57,038 nucleotides of DNA, filler included, from Porpidia crustulata (GCA_964255105.1; 6 parts of 6 records of this genome joined end to end with filler, not necessarily neighbours in it); one strand, 5' to 3'; shown: positions 37,871 through 51,409, counted from the first letter of the whole stretch. Numbers and translations: made by a program. The notes: a model not told the origin generated them from the sequence alone.

Positions 37871-38010
37871 ATGGCCAATCCATCCTTATCGTCACCGGAG
37901 AGGCCCAACCGCATCGATGTCCACCATCACTTTATCCCCGACGAATACATCACCGGTCTGTCTCTACATACTCTCTCAAACAAGTAAAATTGCAAAACTA
38001 ACAACCCCAC
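37871..38010 (+). CDS. First exon of an amidohydrolase-2 family protein (6-methylsalicylate/orsellinate decarboxylase-like), truncated by contig end
   Basis: ATG 37871 reads MANPSLSSPERPNRIDVHHHFIPDEYIT (metal-binding DxHxH). Donor GTCTGT at 37956 and branch site CTAAC at 37998. Absent from the ORF track. Confidence 0.78.
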
Positions 38011-38110
38011 NNNNNNNNNNNNNNNNNNNNNNNNNNNNNNNNNNNNNNNNNNNNTTAATTAATTAANNNNNNNNNNNNNNNNNNNNNNNNNNNNNNNNNN
38101 NNNNNNNNNN
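38011..38110. other. Artificial contig-joining spacer
   Basis: N44-TTAATTAATTAA-N44. Confidence 0.98.
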
Positions 38111-38172
38111 CCCCCCCCCCCCGTTCAGCCACCCCAAGCTAAGCAACCCTCGACCCGCTTATTTCAAATCAG

Positions 38173-38664
38173 CCCCTCCAAACCCTCTATCTCACGCTCC
38201 TTCACGCCCCCCCTGTAGCTTCCGGCTGGTCCTCCTTCCTCGGTGCGATTCGCACCCAAACTTCTCTGCCGGCTTCGATTCGCGAACTCTGCATTTGCCG
38301 CGTTGCGATCCTCAACGGCGCTGAGTACGAGTGGGTGCATCACATTGGCATCTTACGGTCAGAAGGTGGGATAGGAGATCTAGAAGAGAAGGAGCTTAGG
38401 AACGGGCATAGAGAAATTGAAAGTGAGGGGAAGGATGGGGGAAAAGGATTGAGTGAAATGCAATGGGCTGTGATAGCATACACGGACGCGATGACCAAGG
38501 ATGTGAAAGTGGCAGATGAGCTTTTTGAGCGGATGAGGAAATGGTTTAAAGAGAAGGAGATTGTAGAGATAACGGCGACTGTGGCGGCCTATAATTGTGT
38601 TTCGAGGTTCTTGGTAGCGTTGGATGTGGGTGAGATGAACGAAAAGGGGAAAGAGAAACAATAG
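38173..38664 (+). CDS. AhpD-like / carboxymuconolactone decarboxylase family protein, 5' truncated
   Basis: Frame extends upstream of the listed ORF: LTLLHAPPVASGWSSFLGAIR..RELCICRVAILNGAEYEWVHH..EIVEITATVAAYNCVSRFLVALDV. Confidence 0.85.
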   Translation, partial: PLQTLYLTLLHAPPVASGWSSFLGAIRTQTSLPASIRELCICRVAILNGAEYEWVHHIGILRSEGGIGDLEEKELRNGHREIESEGKDGGKGLSEMQWAVIAYTDAMTKDVKVADELFERMRKWFKEKEIVEITATVAAYNCVSRFLVALDVGEMNEKGKEKQ

Positions 38665-38909
38665 GGTGTCGCGAGGTGAAAGAAGTGGTATCGTTAATTG
38701 TACCGTGAAGAGAATAACAACTGGCGGCTGAAATCTTTCCTCGAAACTTTGGCGATCGGTCACAGCAGATGTGGGAGCTTGGGCAGTACAATTCAGGTAA
38801 GATAGTCCTGCTTTGTACCTAATCTATCGCTAAGAAAAATAAAGCATACAACTCATAAATACGTGTCTCTTCGCTAGAGTATTGAACAACAAAGAAACGA
38901 CAGTGAATT

Positions 38910-41407
38910 CTAGATGAGCTGCTGGAAAGCGCGATTGACAGGTGAGCGGACCTTGGATCCTTTATAGAAGTCAACTGTAGCCACAGCCCGCTTGCTTATG
39001 CCCTCAGGAGTGAACTCGAATTTCTGAGTCTAATGTTAGCTGACCTGCGTCTCAGGCTTTCAGTAATGATAATCGCTTACTTTATAAACATCTTTGTACG
39101 CTCCGCTGGCGCCAAATCGGTTCAAGCCAAATTGCTCATGGGAATATCTCTCCCAGCCCATGGTTGACATTACTTCGACGCTCATAGATGGAATTCCATC
39201 AGGGATGCACTTAAGGCGGTATTCCTTGCTCTGAGTATCAAAGACTTCGAAACACGGAATGGAAACCACACGGGCGGTAAGATTGTGGTTGTCCTTGAGA
39301 TACTTTACAGCTTCAATGCAAATACAGACCTCCGAACCAGTACTGACAAGTGTTATGTCAGCATTCTCTGCCTCGACCGAAACATAACCACCCTTGATAC
39401 CGTTCTCAAGGGTAGAATTTTCGAGCTGAGGAAGATCTTGACGTGTCAAAGCAAGAATACTTGGTGTTGATTTCGAGGTCAGCGCAACGTAGTATGCAGC
39501 GCTAGTCTCGTTGCCATCTGCAGGACGCCAAACCATCATGTTAGGCAAGGCTCGGAAGTGAGCGAGGGTCTCGATCGGTTGATGTGTAGGACCGTCTTCA
39601 CCTAAGCCAATGGAGTCGTGTGTTGCGACGTAAATGACGCGGCAGTGCGAAAGGGAGGACAAACGAACAGATCCAGCCGCATAGGAGACAAAGTTCAAGA
39701 AGGTTCCTCCAAAGGGGATGATAGTACCATATGCCGCCATACCATTCATGATACCAGCCATAGCATGTTCGCGGACACCGTATCGGACATATCGGCCACC
39801 CCAATTGCCGATGCCCAAGACAGGCGGCTGGAAGTCAGTAGCATTCTTCCATCGAGTGTTATTTGAACCTGTCAAGTCCGCGGATCCTCCTACAAGGTCA
39901 GGTATGGCTTCGTGGATAGCTTCTAAGACGGCCTCGGAGAGCTTTCGCGATGCGATTGCTTTGTCACCTGGCTTGTATGTAGGCAAACTCTTCTGCCAGC
40001 CCTCGGGCAATTTGCCGGATAATCTTCGCAAGAGATCTGCGTGTTCTGCTTTGTGTTCCTGACCATACTTTTCAAGCATCTTATTCCATTCCTGCTCCTT
40101 AGCGGCTCCCTCTGCGGCGTGTGCGTGATACATATCATATACTTTCTGGGGCACCACGAAAGATTCGTCGGGATTAAATCCAAATTTTGTCTTGACCTGC
40201 TTACAATCATCCGCCTTGAGCGCATTGCCGTGTACCCCTCCTGTGCCTTGCAGCAAAGATCCAAATCCAATGGTTGTAGTGAGCTTGATGACTGAAGGTT
40301 TATTTGTGACTTTCTTTGCCTCAGCGATGGCCTTTTCGATACCTTCTAGATCGTCGTCGCCATGTTTGACCCATTGTGTGTGCCAGCCATAAGCTTCGAA
40401 ACGCATCATCACGTCTTCGGTAAATGCGCATTTTGTGTCACCGTCTGAAGTCCAGAGTTTAGACTAAATAACGTTTGGTAGGGGAATGAGAAGCCTACCG
40501 ATTGAGATATGATTATCATCATAAATCATGATAAGATTCCCTAATTGGAGGTGACCGGCGGCACTAGCAGCTTCACTGGCAATACCCTCCATAGCACAGC
40601 CATCACCGAAGAAGCAAAATGTGTGATTGTTGATCAGCTCAAACCCAGGTTTGTTAAACTCAGCAGCGGTATGAGCCTGCGCCATCGCAAGACCAACTGC
40701 GTTTGCGAAACCTTGTCCAAGTGGACCGGTTGTCACCTCGATACCAGGCGTATCTTGTGCTTCAGGATGTCCGGGTGTAATACTGTCAACTTGCTGTTCG
40801 TCGTCAGTAATGAAAATCTATCGAAGATCCGAGGCCCACATACTCTGAAAGCCTTCAAATCATCGAGGGACACTGCATAGCCGAAGAGATGTAGTAAAGC
40901 GTACTGAAGCATACATCCGTGGCCATTTCTGTAGGTATTCAGGATGTAAGTTCATGAACAACGCTACGGGCTATGTAGTTTTGGGTCTTTTGTGGTAGCC
41001 AATTCACAAAAGTCCCTTGACTAGAGGTTTCGTTGCGGTACTGAGCAGGGACTCACGAGAGTACAAATCGATCTCGATTGACCCAGTTAGGGTTTTTGGG
41101 GTTGAAGCTCATGAACTTATTAAACATAACGTGTGCGACTGGAGCCATGCCCATGGGGGCTCCGGGATGCCCGGAGTTTGCCTTGAACGTAGCATCGACC
41201 TGGTGTAGAAGTACTATATTAGTATTATGGTGTTGGAGAGTTTGTCAAGAGAATCTTGAAAAAAATCAAGACGTTGGCACTCAATTGAGGAGACTCGGAG
41301 CTTCGTCAAACATAGTGGGGGTGCTGTGAAAAGTATGGAGGGGCAGAACTCACAGCAAGCAGTCGAATGGTATTGATGGCAAGCTCGTCATCTTTGGTGT
41401 AACCCAT
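38910..41407 (-). CDS. TKL1: Transketolase
   Basis: [46 protein letters not shown]; ThDP motif [22 protein letters not shown]; ends AFQQLI-stop at 38910. Confidence 0.97.
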
Positions 41408-42214
41408 GATTGCGTATTCGTATGTCTCGATGGATACTTGAACCTTGCGTGTCTTCTATGTAAAAGCCAAAAGGAGTGGTATGGTCGAAAAGCGAAAAAA
41501 TCGACGTCGACGTGGTGGGGCAGCTCGGGTGCTCTGCAAGCGCGGGATGTTTTGGCGAAACAGCACCATTGGATCGCCATTGCCTTTATTGAACTTCTGA
41601 CTTGCCTACTACGCTTAGGTTTCTATGATAGACGCGGAATATACTCGTCCGTGAAACGAAAGCATGGTTCTACCTGGTTCCAGGGACCTGCAGCGAAGTT
41701 TGATATTCTTTGGTAGCTACGATAGCCTCATCATAATGAAATCTCTGCGGCAGTCTTGCGGTTGGAGTGAATTATATTGTGCATGATAATCTTCGTTACT
41801 CAACAAAAACCCATTTTCATTCCTGCTGTTGGGAACAAGTCTCGAAGTTCGTCAAGATCATCGAAAACTTTACGGAGAGCTGGCTTTCATCATTTTCAAA
41901 GGTGAAACTTTTTAATGATAATCTCGTGGAGAATTTTGATGCATATAAGCTTAACTGTCGGTCCGGATTTAGTAACATGGCATGAGATCTCATGGGTGTT
42001 GATTCTAATTCCAAGCTATCTTCAGCTTTGTAGCGACAATTTCCAATTTCGATGCAGGTACCAGAAGACATGACGCGAGAGCTGACACCTTGCTGATAGA
42101 CCCTGACGTGAGGCTCAATGATGACAAGTGAAAGCATCCGAGCTCTAGAAATCTCATGAACATAAAAGCTTGGTACAGAGCTGATTTACATGCGTAGTCG
42201 CAACAAGCAGAGCT

Positions 42215-43825
42215 TCAGTCCATCTTTGAGGTTTCACTCCTCCAAGGAAAGCTTTGGAGAATTCGCTCCATTGTCTGCGTCAATCCGCTTCTAAATGTTT
42301 CAAGAACACCCTGAAAGACAATGTAGGGTATGCTTGCATTAGGATCACTTTTCAGCCCGTTACCGAGTCGCCTCATGTTATGATAGAAGAATTGGACGGC
42401 AAGCCCTGCGCCGACCACCTTCACCGGTATCATGCGAGCGAACCATTGCCCTTTGACGATGTGGGACTGCGCAAAGGCAGCTTCATCCGCCACTGCAGGA
42501 TTAAGCAAGATAGCTTTCGGGATGTCCGGCTGTAGAACAGCACTGCGACCCAGACCTATCAAGGCGCAGACGCCGGAATCAATAGCGTCTGCCATACCAG
42601 TCCTGGAACGAAACCCTAGGTCTCTGGTGAGCTTTGTATCACGTGAAAACGTAAGAAATGAAGACAGACCACCGCTTAATTGGATTGGAACTCTTGATTC
42701 TATGCTAAGTACTTTTTCCGCGAATTCTGTAAAGAAAGCTTCTCGAATTCGGGTAGTTTCCTTCATTTCTGGGGCTTTGTCCAAGGACTTTGTGGCAAAT
42801 GAATCTATAAACATCAGTCAGTGAGCGTCTTAACGAAATGGCATGCGCGACATAGGACAGTCTCTTACTGTGCAGTTTAGAAGTCTTGTTCTCCGCATTT
42901 CCTCCCGAGATCTCGATGAAATCAACTTCTCCGCATTCTGCTAGCCACCTTACTTGTTCTACACCTTCATCCTGGGATAACCCAAGGCCTTGATCCATAT
43001 AATCCGCAGAATTTAGCTTTACCGAAAGGCAATAGGGCTTAGGACACTGTTCGCGGATCTCCTTTACCAGGCGTTTGAGCAGCGCGAGTCTCTTCTCAGG
43101 CGTTCCTCCGTAATCATCAGTCCGTCGGTTTGTGTGTGGGCTCAAGAACTGAGAAAGGAGAAAGCCATGAGCGCCATGCAGCTGACATCCCTCAAAACCT
43201 GCTTCTTTGGCTGTAACTGCCCCATGAACCCAAGCTGCGACGACCGCGTCGATGTCTTCCAAGGTCATCTCACGAGGAGTACCCAAAAGCTTGTCGAGAG
43301 CCTATTCCTTGGTCAGTCTTATAAAGCAAGTCAATCAGATCCTACACTGCAAGTCACCTTTTTCTCGAGCCATCCATCGCCAAGATTGACCGGTACCGAA
43401 GATGGACATATCGCCGGCATATCCGCTGGTCTGTTCCCAGCACCGGCTGGACTCATTCGGCCTGGATGTGCGAGCTGGACAATGCAAGGAGTGCCATTTG
43501 CCTGTGCTATCTTTGCCCATCTCTTCCACTTGCTGAAGTGAGGCTCTTCTAGTGACTGGTCATGGCATACTACATCGCCTTTGATGGAGAGGAATCGAAT
43601 ATCAACCTGGACTTGTCCTGTGATGATGAGGCCGTAATGGGAGCTCGCCCACTGGGTGTAAAGGTTCTCAAATTTGTCGGTTGGAGGATCGTAGAGAGGT
43701 GGGACTGCAAGAGTTTCTTGCATGGGACATTTGACCAGACGGTTGGGAAGGGTCAGACCGCAAGGTAATGTGAGGGGCTGGGCGATCAGCTCTGTTGCCG
43801 TTGGCTTGGTCTTGTCTTCACCCAT
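42215..43825 (-). CDS. NADH:flavin oxidoreductase (old yellow enzyme family)
   Basis: LPNRLVKCPMQE, VQLAHPGR, AGFEGCQLHGAHGFLLSQFLSP..NRRTDDYGG, KLNSAD, EISGG; three introns. Confidence 0.93.
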
Positions 43826-44859
43826 CGTGAGGATTTTGGTGATTGAGAAGGTTTCTCGTCCAAGAAAATGCTCATCGAATCGCAACCTGCTCCACACATA
43901 TCATGAACATCGCATCTAAGATGAAAGCGCCTCTGCGCATCTCGATCTCTGGAGGCTGATAAGAACGGCATCTTGCTTGTTATCAACATGTGCCACGTCT
44001 TATCTATCGTGGAAGCGCATAGAGTAGATTTCGTGGAGAAAAATGAAGCATAGATAACATCGATAAGAAGACGTGCATTGACAGCTCTAGTCCTACTCCA
44101 AAGGACATCTAGTAACGAAACGCTTGTTAAGGGTAGGACTGGGCTTTATCTCGGCTATGATGAACGGCTACTCGAACACGATGTGCAGATTCGTAGTCCA
44201 CGTTCCTGAATGCAAAAGATAGTCCTGGCCAGCTCTAGCCACCTCATTAGGTTCCTTCAAACATTCAAACTACCTCTAGTCATATACCCCAGATAGACAC
44301 CAGATTAGATTCTGAAGCATCTTCCGTTGTGGCGCCATCTTCAAAACGCCATCAGCAGCCCTGTCGTTTTTGCAGGCACCGATTCTCTCCGACTACGGAT
44401 CTAGTAGAGGCCGCCAAGAGCCGTAGAATGTTCCGTGGATGTTCTTTTCACAGGGATCCTTTTCGATCTAACGCAATGGGGTTCTGTTGGGTAGGGCTTT
44501 CTCGGAGGCTCCCGATGCTCCACCATCATTGGGTCACCCACTATATTGCTCTTCTGAAATTTTCAATGCCATCGGCTGAAAATGCCATTGAATTGTATTT
44601 TCTGCATCGAAAGAGAAAGATTTGTCTTCCCATGCCGCATTAACTGTCAAAGTGTTCGGCCCTGTGGAGCACAGGCTTTTCTTGATGGCTTGGCTAGCCC
44701 TGCTATTGCTATTCTTGGTACTTTATTTACCTTATTGCTCCATGATGCATGACATTCCAGACAACCTTCAAGCTTCCGACAGTTTCTTCAAGATGTGTGT
44801 CTCCTCCTCTTATTCTCGGTATGCCCCAAGTCTAGGACTTGTGTTTCATGCTCGACGAC

Positions 44860-46607
44860 ATGTCAAACATATCCAAGCGTGCCTGTGACGCCTGCCATCG
44901 TCGGAAGGTGAGATTGGTATGATGTACGAGAAGATACAGTTGCCAACCTAGCTACCATAGGTTCGCTGCAATGGACTGAAACCTTGTCGTAAATGCAGCC
45001 AGGCCGGGCTACAGTGTACCTACGATACCGTCCCACAAAAGAAAGGACCCAAAGGCAGTAGGGCGAAAGTCATTTCTGAACTGAGGGAGACGCAGAAATC
45101 GCCAGAATCAACAAGCGATGCTACCTGTAGCCTTGGATCTCCTCCTGCGTCTCCGAGCTTCGCAAGAACGCCAGGGCTGATGACCAGTCAACTGATTGAC
45201 AGCTGCGCCGACTTTTTCTTTGCTCACATGTACCCTACCATGCCAATATTGCAAAAGCAACAGGTGCAGCAAACTGTATCCGATATGGACCGTTCGATTG
45301 AAGCATACTGCCTGATCTGCTCATTGTGTGCGTTCATGCTTATTCAACCCGGAATCGAGCTCGTAAAAGATAACGGTGAAGAGAATTCGACAAAATCGAT
45401 CAGAAATACTCTATTGGGCACGGCTCTCCTGGATGAAACCTTATGGACACGGAAAAGCTACGAGTACGTTGAGAAGCCTAATATCAGCACAATCATCACT
45501 TCATTCTTCATATTTGGTTGCTGCTTTGGCTTGAATAAACACAACGCTGGATGGCTTCATCTCCGTGAGGCAACTGCACTGGCTCAGCTTGTTGGTATGC
45601 AGGAAGAGCAGCACTATATGAGGGTCAACATTGAGGAAAGCTCTAGAGAAAGACGACTCTTTTGGCTCCTGTTTGTGACAGAGAGGTAAGTACTCTTCAA
45701 GTTCTGACAGCGATGTAAACCCAAGATTTGCATCTGAAAAACGTACCATGGTTAACGGGGACTGATGTTTGAGTTAGGGCATACGCGTTGCAAAAGCACC
45801 GACCACTGACTTTGCAAGCGACAATCGGGCTCCCAACGATGGAAGACGAAGCGTCAGATGCAGCTAGGGGTTTCATTTATTTGGTCCATCTGTATCGCCC
45901 GTTTGATGAGATATTTGTTAGCCTATGGAACAAGTCGACGCTAGATTGCTCTACCGGCCAACTCGCTCATCTGCAACATCAACTCGAACAAGCGTTACCG
46001 GTGGAACTAAAAACCACTGAAACCCAAGCAGCGGATTTAAGAACCTCACAGCAGTGGCTTCGTACAATGGTCTGGCAGCTTTCGATATCGAAAGGATTTC
46101 TCTCGTCAGCTTCGCCCAACACTTCCATGACGTTTAGATATCCCATTGAAATTGCAAAGGATCTTGTGAGCGTGACAAACCGCCTTTCGCAGCACTCGAT
46201 GGAAGTTCATGGTATTGGCCTGGTAAGTGTCGCTGGCTTTGTAGTTGTTCGTACAGCTGACTTTGAGATAGATTGAAAAGGTCTTTGATGTGACCTGCAC
46301 TTTGATCGATGTGATGTCTTGCGTACCTATTGAAGTTAGGAGTTTCGAAGTTGGACCTCAGGAGTATTTGAGTCGATTACTTACATTGATCTCCACCCTA
46401 CGAGGAGGAGAGTCTCGTTATCTTCCCCTTGTAAGGACAAAAATCAGCGAGACATTGCCCAGCGTCGCCTCGACTGTAACTCAGCCGCTTACCCTTTTGG
46501 TGCCGAGTCACTATGCCAAAGATCTCAAAGAAGAGCCCAACCCCAGTTCTTCAGGCTCCAGTCCTACTTCAAGCCCGCAATTCACTCACTATTACCCATT
46601 GCCTTGA
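44860..46607 (+). CDS. Zn2Cys6 transcription factor, COL-26/BglR/InuR-like sugar-utilisation regulator type
   Basis: MSNISKRACDACHRRK|VRCNGLKPCRKCSQAGLQCTY..PQKKGPKGSRAKVISELRE; middle homology region FFAHMYPTMP..RRLFWLLFVTER; MEVHGIGL|IEKVFDV. Confidence 0.9.
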
Positions 46608-47405
46608 TCTATAAGGTAAATGCCGAGCTTGCCGGACAAAAGCTAAGAGCCAATCGACAAGCGACGCGGAACAGTGAAGGTTGAGCAGAGACAAACCCAC
46701 TGTTTACCTTTGGAGACGTGCAAGCCAAAGCCGTTCCACGGACCAGGTGGTTTCTTACGGCCAAGGCCTTTTCTTGCCCTCTTAACGCAAAAGATCGCGG
46801 AGAAATTTTGACTGGCCGCAACCTCTACGTTACATCTTCTTGAGGAATTTGATGACTCCGGAACCAACATCAGACATCTTCAATTCATTGATATCCCCAA
46901 GCTGACATGCAACCTTTTACGGCCTGTTTACCGAAACCTCGAAAGTACATGATGAGGAATTAACGGCAGCCTACTGAATTATCAGATCGGCATCGGCCAG
47001 CAGTCCTTTATCTCCTGAATGCAACAATACAAATACGTATGCCAAATCTGAGAAGCGGGCGAATCAATGTTAAAGAGGCGCTCCTCGGTTTTGTCAGAAC
47101 AGCACCGACAAGCAACTGTCAGCCTTTGGCGCAAATACTATGGACTGGAATCTTGCAAAGGCCTGTCCGCTAAACCCTGAACAAATTTGAATGGGAAGCA
47201 GAATACAAAATATCCATAGCATGATCTTTCCGAGCCCACAACTTCACAGTCTCGCAGCACAAAAACAAGACTCACAATAGTGACCCTTGCGAACCTGCAT
47301 ATTTCCTTCGCATGAAAAGTCCGAACTTTCAGAGACAGTGAATTTGATGTACCAGAACTAAAAATATTAACTACTACTCCAAAGGGAGTATAAATCCATC
47401 GACCA

Positions 47406-47528
47406 ATGGCTCCAAACGCGCATTCCACCCTCTCCCCCTTACCAGTGTACCGCCAACACACTCGCGTCCAACGATCTACTGTCAACGGTGTCGCCCGCCC
47501 ATCATATATTGCTTACACCGCCCCACAC
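47406..47528 (+). CDS. Possible 5' fragment of an unidentified gene
   Basis: Frame open from ATG 47406 (MAPNAHSTLSPLPVYRQH...) to the contig end; no recognisable motif. Confidence 0.3.
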
Positions 47529-47628
47529 NNNNNNNNNNNNNNNNNNNNNNNNNNNNNNNNNNNNNNNNNNNNTTAATTAATTAANNNNNNNNNNNNNNNN
47601 NNNNNNNNNNNNNNNNNNNNNNNNNNNN
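47529..47628. other. Artificial contig-joining spacer
   Basis: N44-TTAATTAATTAA-N44. Confidence 0.98.
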
Positions 47629-48120
47629 GGATAGATAGCCATGATTAAAAAACCCCACATCGATGATGAGAAACGGGCAATCTCCCTTTCTCATTCAATG
47701 TCTACCACGCACGGAGCAAATCTTTGAGCCAAGCAAGCCGCAAACTGACTTTTCGTCGAATAACCAGCGAGGTGGAAAACCCCCTTCGCACCTAGTCTAG
47801 TCTACTCATAATTGCACATCCCAGCTCGCGACAAGCAAAGGGTATATAAAACCGACGTACACTTACACCGTCCGCGGCAAAGAATTCGCCTTTCAAATAG
47901 AAAGAAAAGAAAAGAAAAGGAGGGCGCATAACGATACATGATAGTCCAAAGCCTCACCGCTCTCCCAACGCCGTCGCAATGTGATGAAAGTTTACTTTGT
48001 ACAAGGAAATGCTGCAGATGTGACGCTGAAAAAGTTGACTTTATGTTATTTTTCCTTCCGGTCCCCAGACGTTGGCCAAGCTATATGGTAGGACGAAACC
48101 CGTCGCGAATCGTCAACAGT

Positions 48121-51100
48121 TTACCTCATCAGCTTATCGACCTTTTCTCTTTCGGCGTTGATGGCCGCTTGAAGTTTCCTCGTCTGGCGCATCGCTTCGT
48201 CCCTGGTGACGAAGATTAGCATGGTGGGTTGCCCGACGATAGTGTGAAGGATGGCTTACCTGGCAGACTGCAACTCCATGACCTCGATCTGCGCCAGATT
48301 CATCCGACTCACCACCTCCTCCATCTCCTTGTCCGCATCGCCCAGCGCCTTCTCTAGCTCGACGACCTTGTTCTCGAGGACCTGGGTTCTCAGAGCTTCG
48401 TTCATCGACATGCCAAGACCGCTGGTGGTTTTACTCAGCCTCGGTGATTTGGCGGCGAACATGGGAGAAAGAGGCGACTTCGGAGAGTAAAAGGTCGGTG
48501 TGCGCAATCCGCCCTTCAGCCGTTGGAGCTGGGTGTTGTGGCTGTCATTGATCTCGCGGACTTCTTCTTCGTGCTTGGCAAAGGCTTCCTCGGAGTGTTG
48601 TTGCGCGCTCATCAGCTTGTCTTCCAGAGTCTTCAACTTGCCTTGCATGCTATTAATCCTCGCAGCTGAAGTCTGCTGTTCCCGCTCGCCTCGGCCGATT
48701 GCTTCTGCCAGCCTTTGCCTCAGGTCGCTGTTAGAGGCTAGCTGCAAACGGACTTGCGCTGCGAGGGATTCCACTCGAGTCGCCGAGGCGCGTAGTTGTT
48801 CGACCAATCCAGCATTCTCCCCAGTGTGGAAAGAGTCAGCTTCTTGCAACGATTCGGCCTTGGCTCTGTATACTTCTGCCAGCTTCTGCGCGTAATCTCG
48901 TTGAGCTTCAGCGTCGGTAATACTCTTGAGTAGGGAATCCATAGTTTCCGCGGTATGGGCATCGTCACCACTAGAAGGAAGTTGGCCATGTAGTTCGCGG
49001 ATTCTTTCAATTGAGAGGGCTTGTGTGGCTTGTAACTGTTTGTATGCTCTCTCCAACGAAGCAGAAGTGACCTGCGTGCCACTTTCGATGTCTTGTGAAT
49101 CACGGATAGGAATTTCTGGAATCAATATATCATGCTCTTGTAGAAGTGTTCGTAACGAAGTAGTCTCTTGCTCTGCGCGATCCAAATCCATTTTCAATCC
49201 ACCCAGCCCTTTCTCGCATTGCCATTTCTGCATCAAGGCGTCGTCGGCTCGTCGTCGAAGTTGGTTGATTTCAAATCGTAGACCTGTTACTTCTTTTTCA
49301 TATCCTGTTCGTCGAGGAGACTGAGCTTGCAGTGCACGATCCCTTTCGGTTTCCAATGCCCGCATCTTTTTTTCGTGCTCCCTATTCTGATAACTTTGCC
49401 TATCAAGTAAGCTTTTCAGCGCACGATGCAGAGCGTCGCGCTGCATTTCGATATCCTTGACTCGATCCGCTAGCGAATCTCTTGACTCCCTTTCCTTTGC
49501 CGAGACTGAATTATGCCTGGACAAGGAGCTTGTCCGAGACAATCCACTGGCGCTGCCCACACCAGAACCTCTGGCGACGGAGCTGGATCGCGTCAGGCCT
49601 ATTTTAGCAGTTGGGGTTGGCGGTATTGGATCCTCTTCTTCGGCGATCGAATTAAATCGCAAGGCATGCTGTTGCATTTCCAGCTGTAGCCGCCTTGCAT
49701 TCATCAATGTAGTGTTTTCGTTCTTGAGAGATTGCAACTCCTGCTGCATTCGCGCATTCTCATACGTGAGCTTCTCATATTCCGAGGCGTCTGATTCGAG
49801 ACCCTCAACGCGAGCCTGTAGCTGTGGTACAACCTCGTCTCGAAGATTATCCCGCTCATTTCTGTGCTTTTCAATCTCATATCGAAGCGCGGTGAGTAGG
49901 TCCTCGAAGTTTTCCTTGACCTTCCGCTCTTCGTTCAGCCGCCGACGATGGTCTTCCAGCGAGTTCTCCAGATCTCGTACTCGATGGGAGGTACTGGATG
50001 CTGCGGCGCGCTCTTGATCAATCTAGTTCTGGTTAGCAATGTATTCCTGGGAATGCTCCCGTGAACACCCACGTGCTGTAGCTGCTCTCCAAGACGCTGC
50101 ATGTGTGATTCGACGGCCTTTCTTCTGGCGCGCTCATCTTGTAGCTTCTGTGAAAGATCGAGCTTGAATCGTGCTTTCTCTTGTTCCGACAATCTCTTCA
50201 TCTTCGCCAGGTCCTCCATCTTTCCCCCACCATTGTCACTCGCGGGATATCTCACGGAGCTTGTGCCTGAGTCCGAGAAGTAGTCACTGGTCCTGCGACC
50301 GAGATCAGGTCCTTGAGTGGCTTCGGCCTGTAAACGATCTACGAGATCCTCCAACTCCAGTTCCCTACGGATCGATCCTGCCAACTCAGAGCTGACCTCA
50401 CGCAGCTCCTCCTCCATGTCAGCAACCTGCGTCGACATTGACGCATTTTGCGGTGGTAATGGGAAACCAGTATCCATGAACGAAGCAACTGTATCATTGG
50501 CTCGTGGGACATCGATTGCTGGCGGTATTGATCTGGTGGATGAGGAAAAGCTTTGCGGTGATGGAGAGAGAGGAGAAGGGGCAGGCGAGTGGCTGACCAT
50601 CGAAAAGTTGGTAGGGGAGACTTCAGCGACTGGCGAGGACGTCTTCCAGCCGAAGAAGGAGGTCAGCTTGTTGGGGCCCGGCGACCTTGGTGTTCTAGTG
50701 ATGTTCGCCGGCTCTTGAGGTGGATCGTGGTTGTGGAATGATCGGTGATCGGCGTTAATTTGTAAATTTGGAGGGCGAGTACCCGGATGTAACGACATCG
50801 TTCTCTGCGGACCTTCACTATTCGCAGCCCGAGCGTTCTTCGATGCTTCGTGAAGTACCGATTCACTAGCTAGCCGCACATGATTCAATCGCGTCGAGGT
50901 TGTCTTGCTGTCTGGTAATTGACGCAGGCTGGTGGGTGGAATGGTTTCACCCTCGAGCGCATTGGCAACGAGTGGTGACTGACCTCGAGGGAACCTGGAC
51001 GGCAATACAGGTTAGCTATGACGGACGTGGTCAATGGCCTCCATGAGCTTAAAAGTGGAGATGAGAGTACTCACTGATCGAGGTCTCGAGCAACGAGTAC

Positions 51101-51409
51101 GGGAGACCCACTGGTAGGAGTTGGCAGCCACGGTGCGCGGGGCGGGTGATCTGCGGGTTCCTCTTCTCCAACTGCCACGACCGTCCCACCAGACGACAAA
51201 GGTGGCGGTCTGGGTTTGACTGCAACGGCGGACGGAGGTAGAGGTTTCCGCCGCACAGGGGAGGATGTACTAGCCCTGGGCGTCTGTGCTTGGAACGCGG
51301 TAAAGGATGGGACGTCAATGTTCGAGGGGATAGAAGGCTTCAGATAGGGCCGAGTAGGGGGAGAAGCTGACGATGGGCCAGGGCCATCGTTCGGCGGCCC
51401 TCGGTCCAT
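48121..51409 (-). CDS. Uncharacterised fungal protein: Ser/Pro-rich N-terminus and long coiled coil
   Basis: Four exons link ORFs 51071-51409, 49935-51005, 48256-49749 and a last exon DEAMRQTRKLQAAINAEREKVDKLMR-stop (48121); heptad-rich E/L/K/R/Q sequence. Confidence 0.82.

Noticed and set aside
37871..38664. Amidohydrolase exon plus AhpD/CMD gene as one gene or an aromatic-catabolism cluster
   Set aside because: They lie on different contigs separated by an artificial spacer.
38910..46607. TKL1, OYE and the Zn2Cys6 factor as an NADPH-linked regulon
   Set aside because: Only adjacency supports it; no shared motif could be identified by eye.
9479..47584. TTAATTAATTAA recurring about every 9.5 kb as a biological periodic repeat or TTAA transposon target
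   Set aside because: Always flanked by exactly 44 N on each side; it is a six-frame-stop assembly linker.
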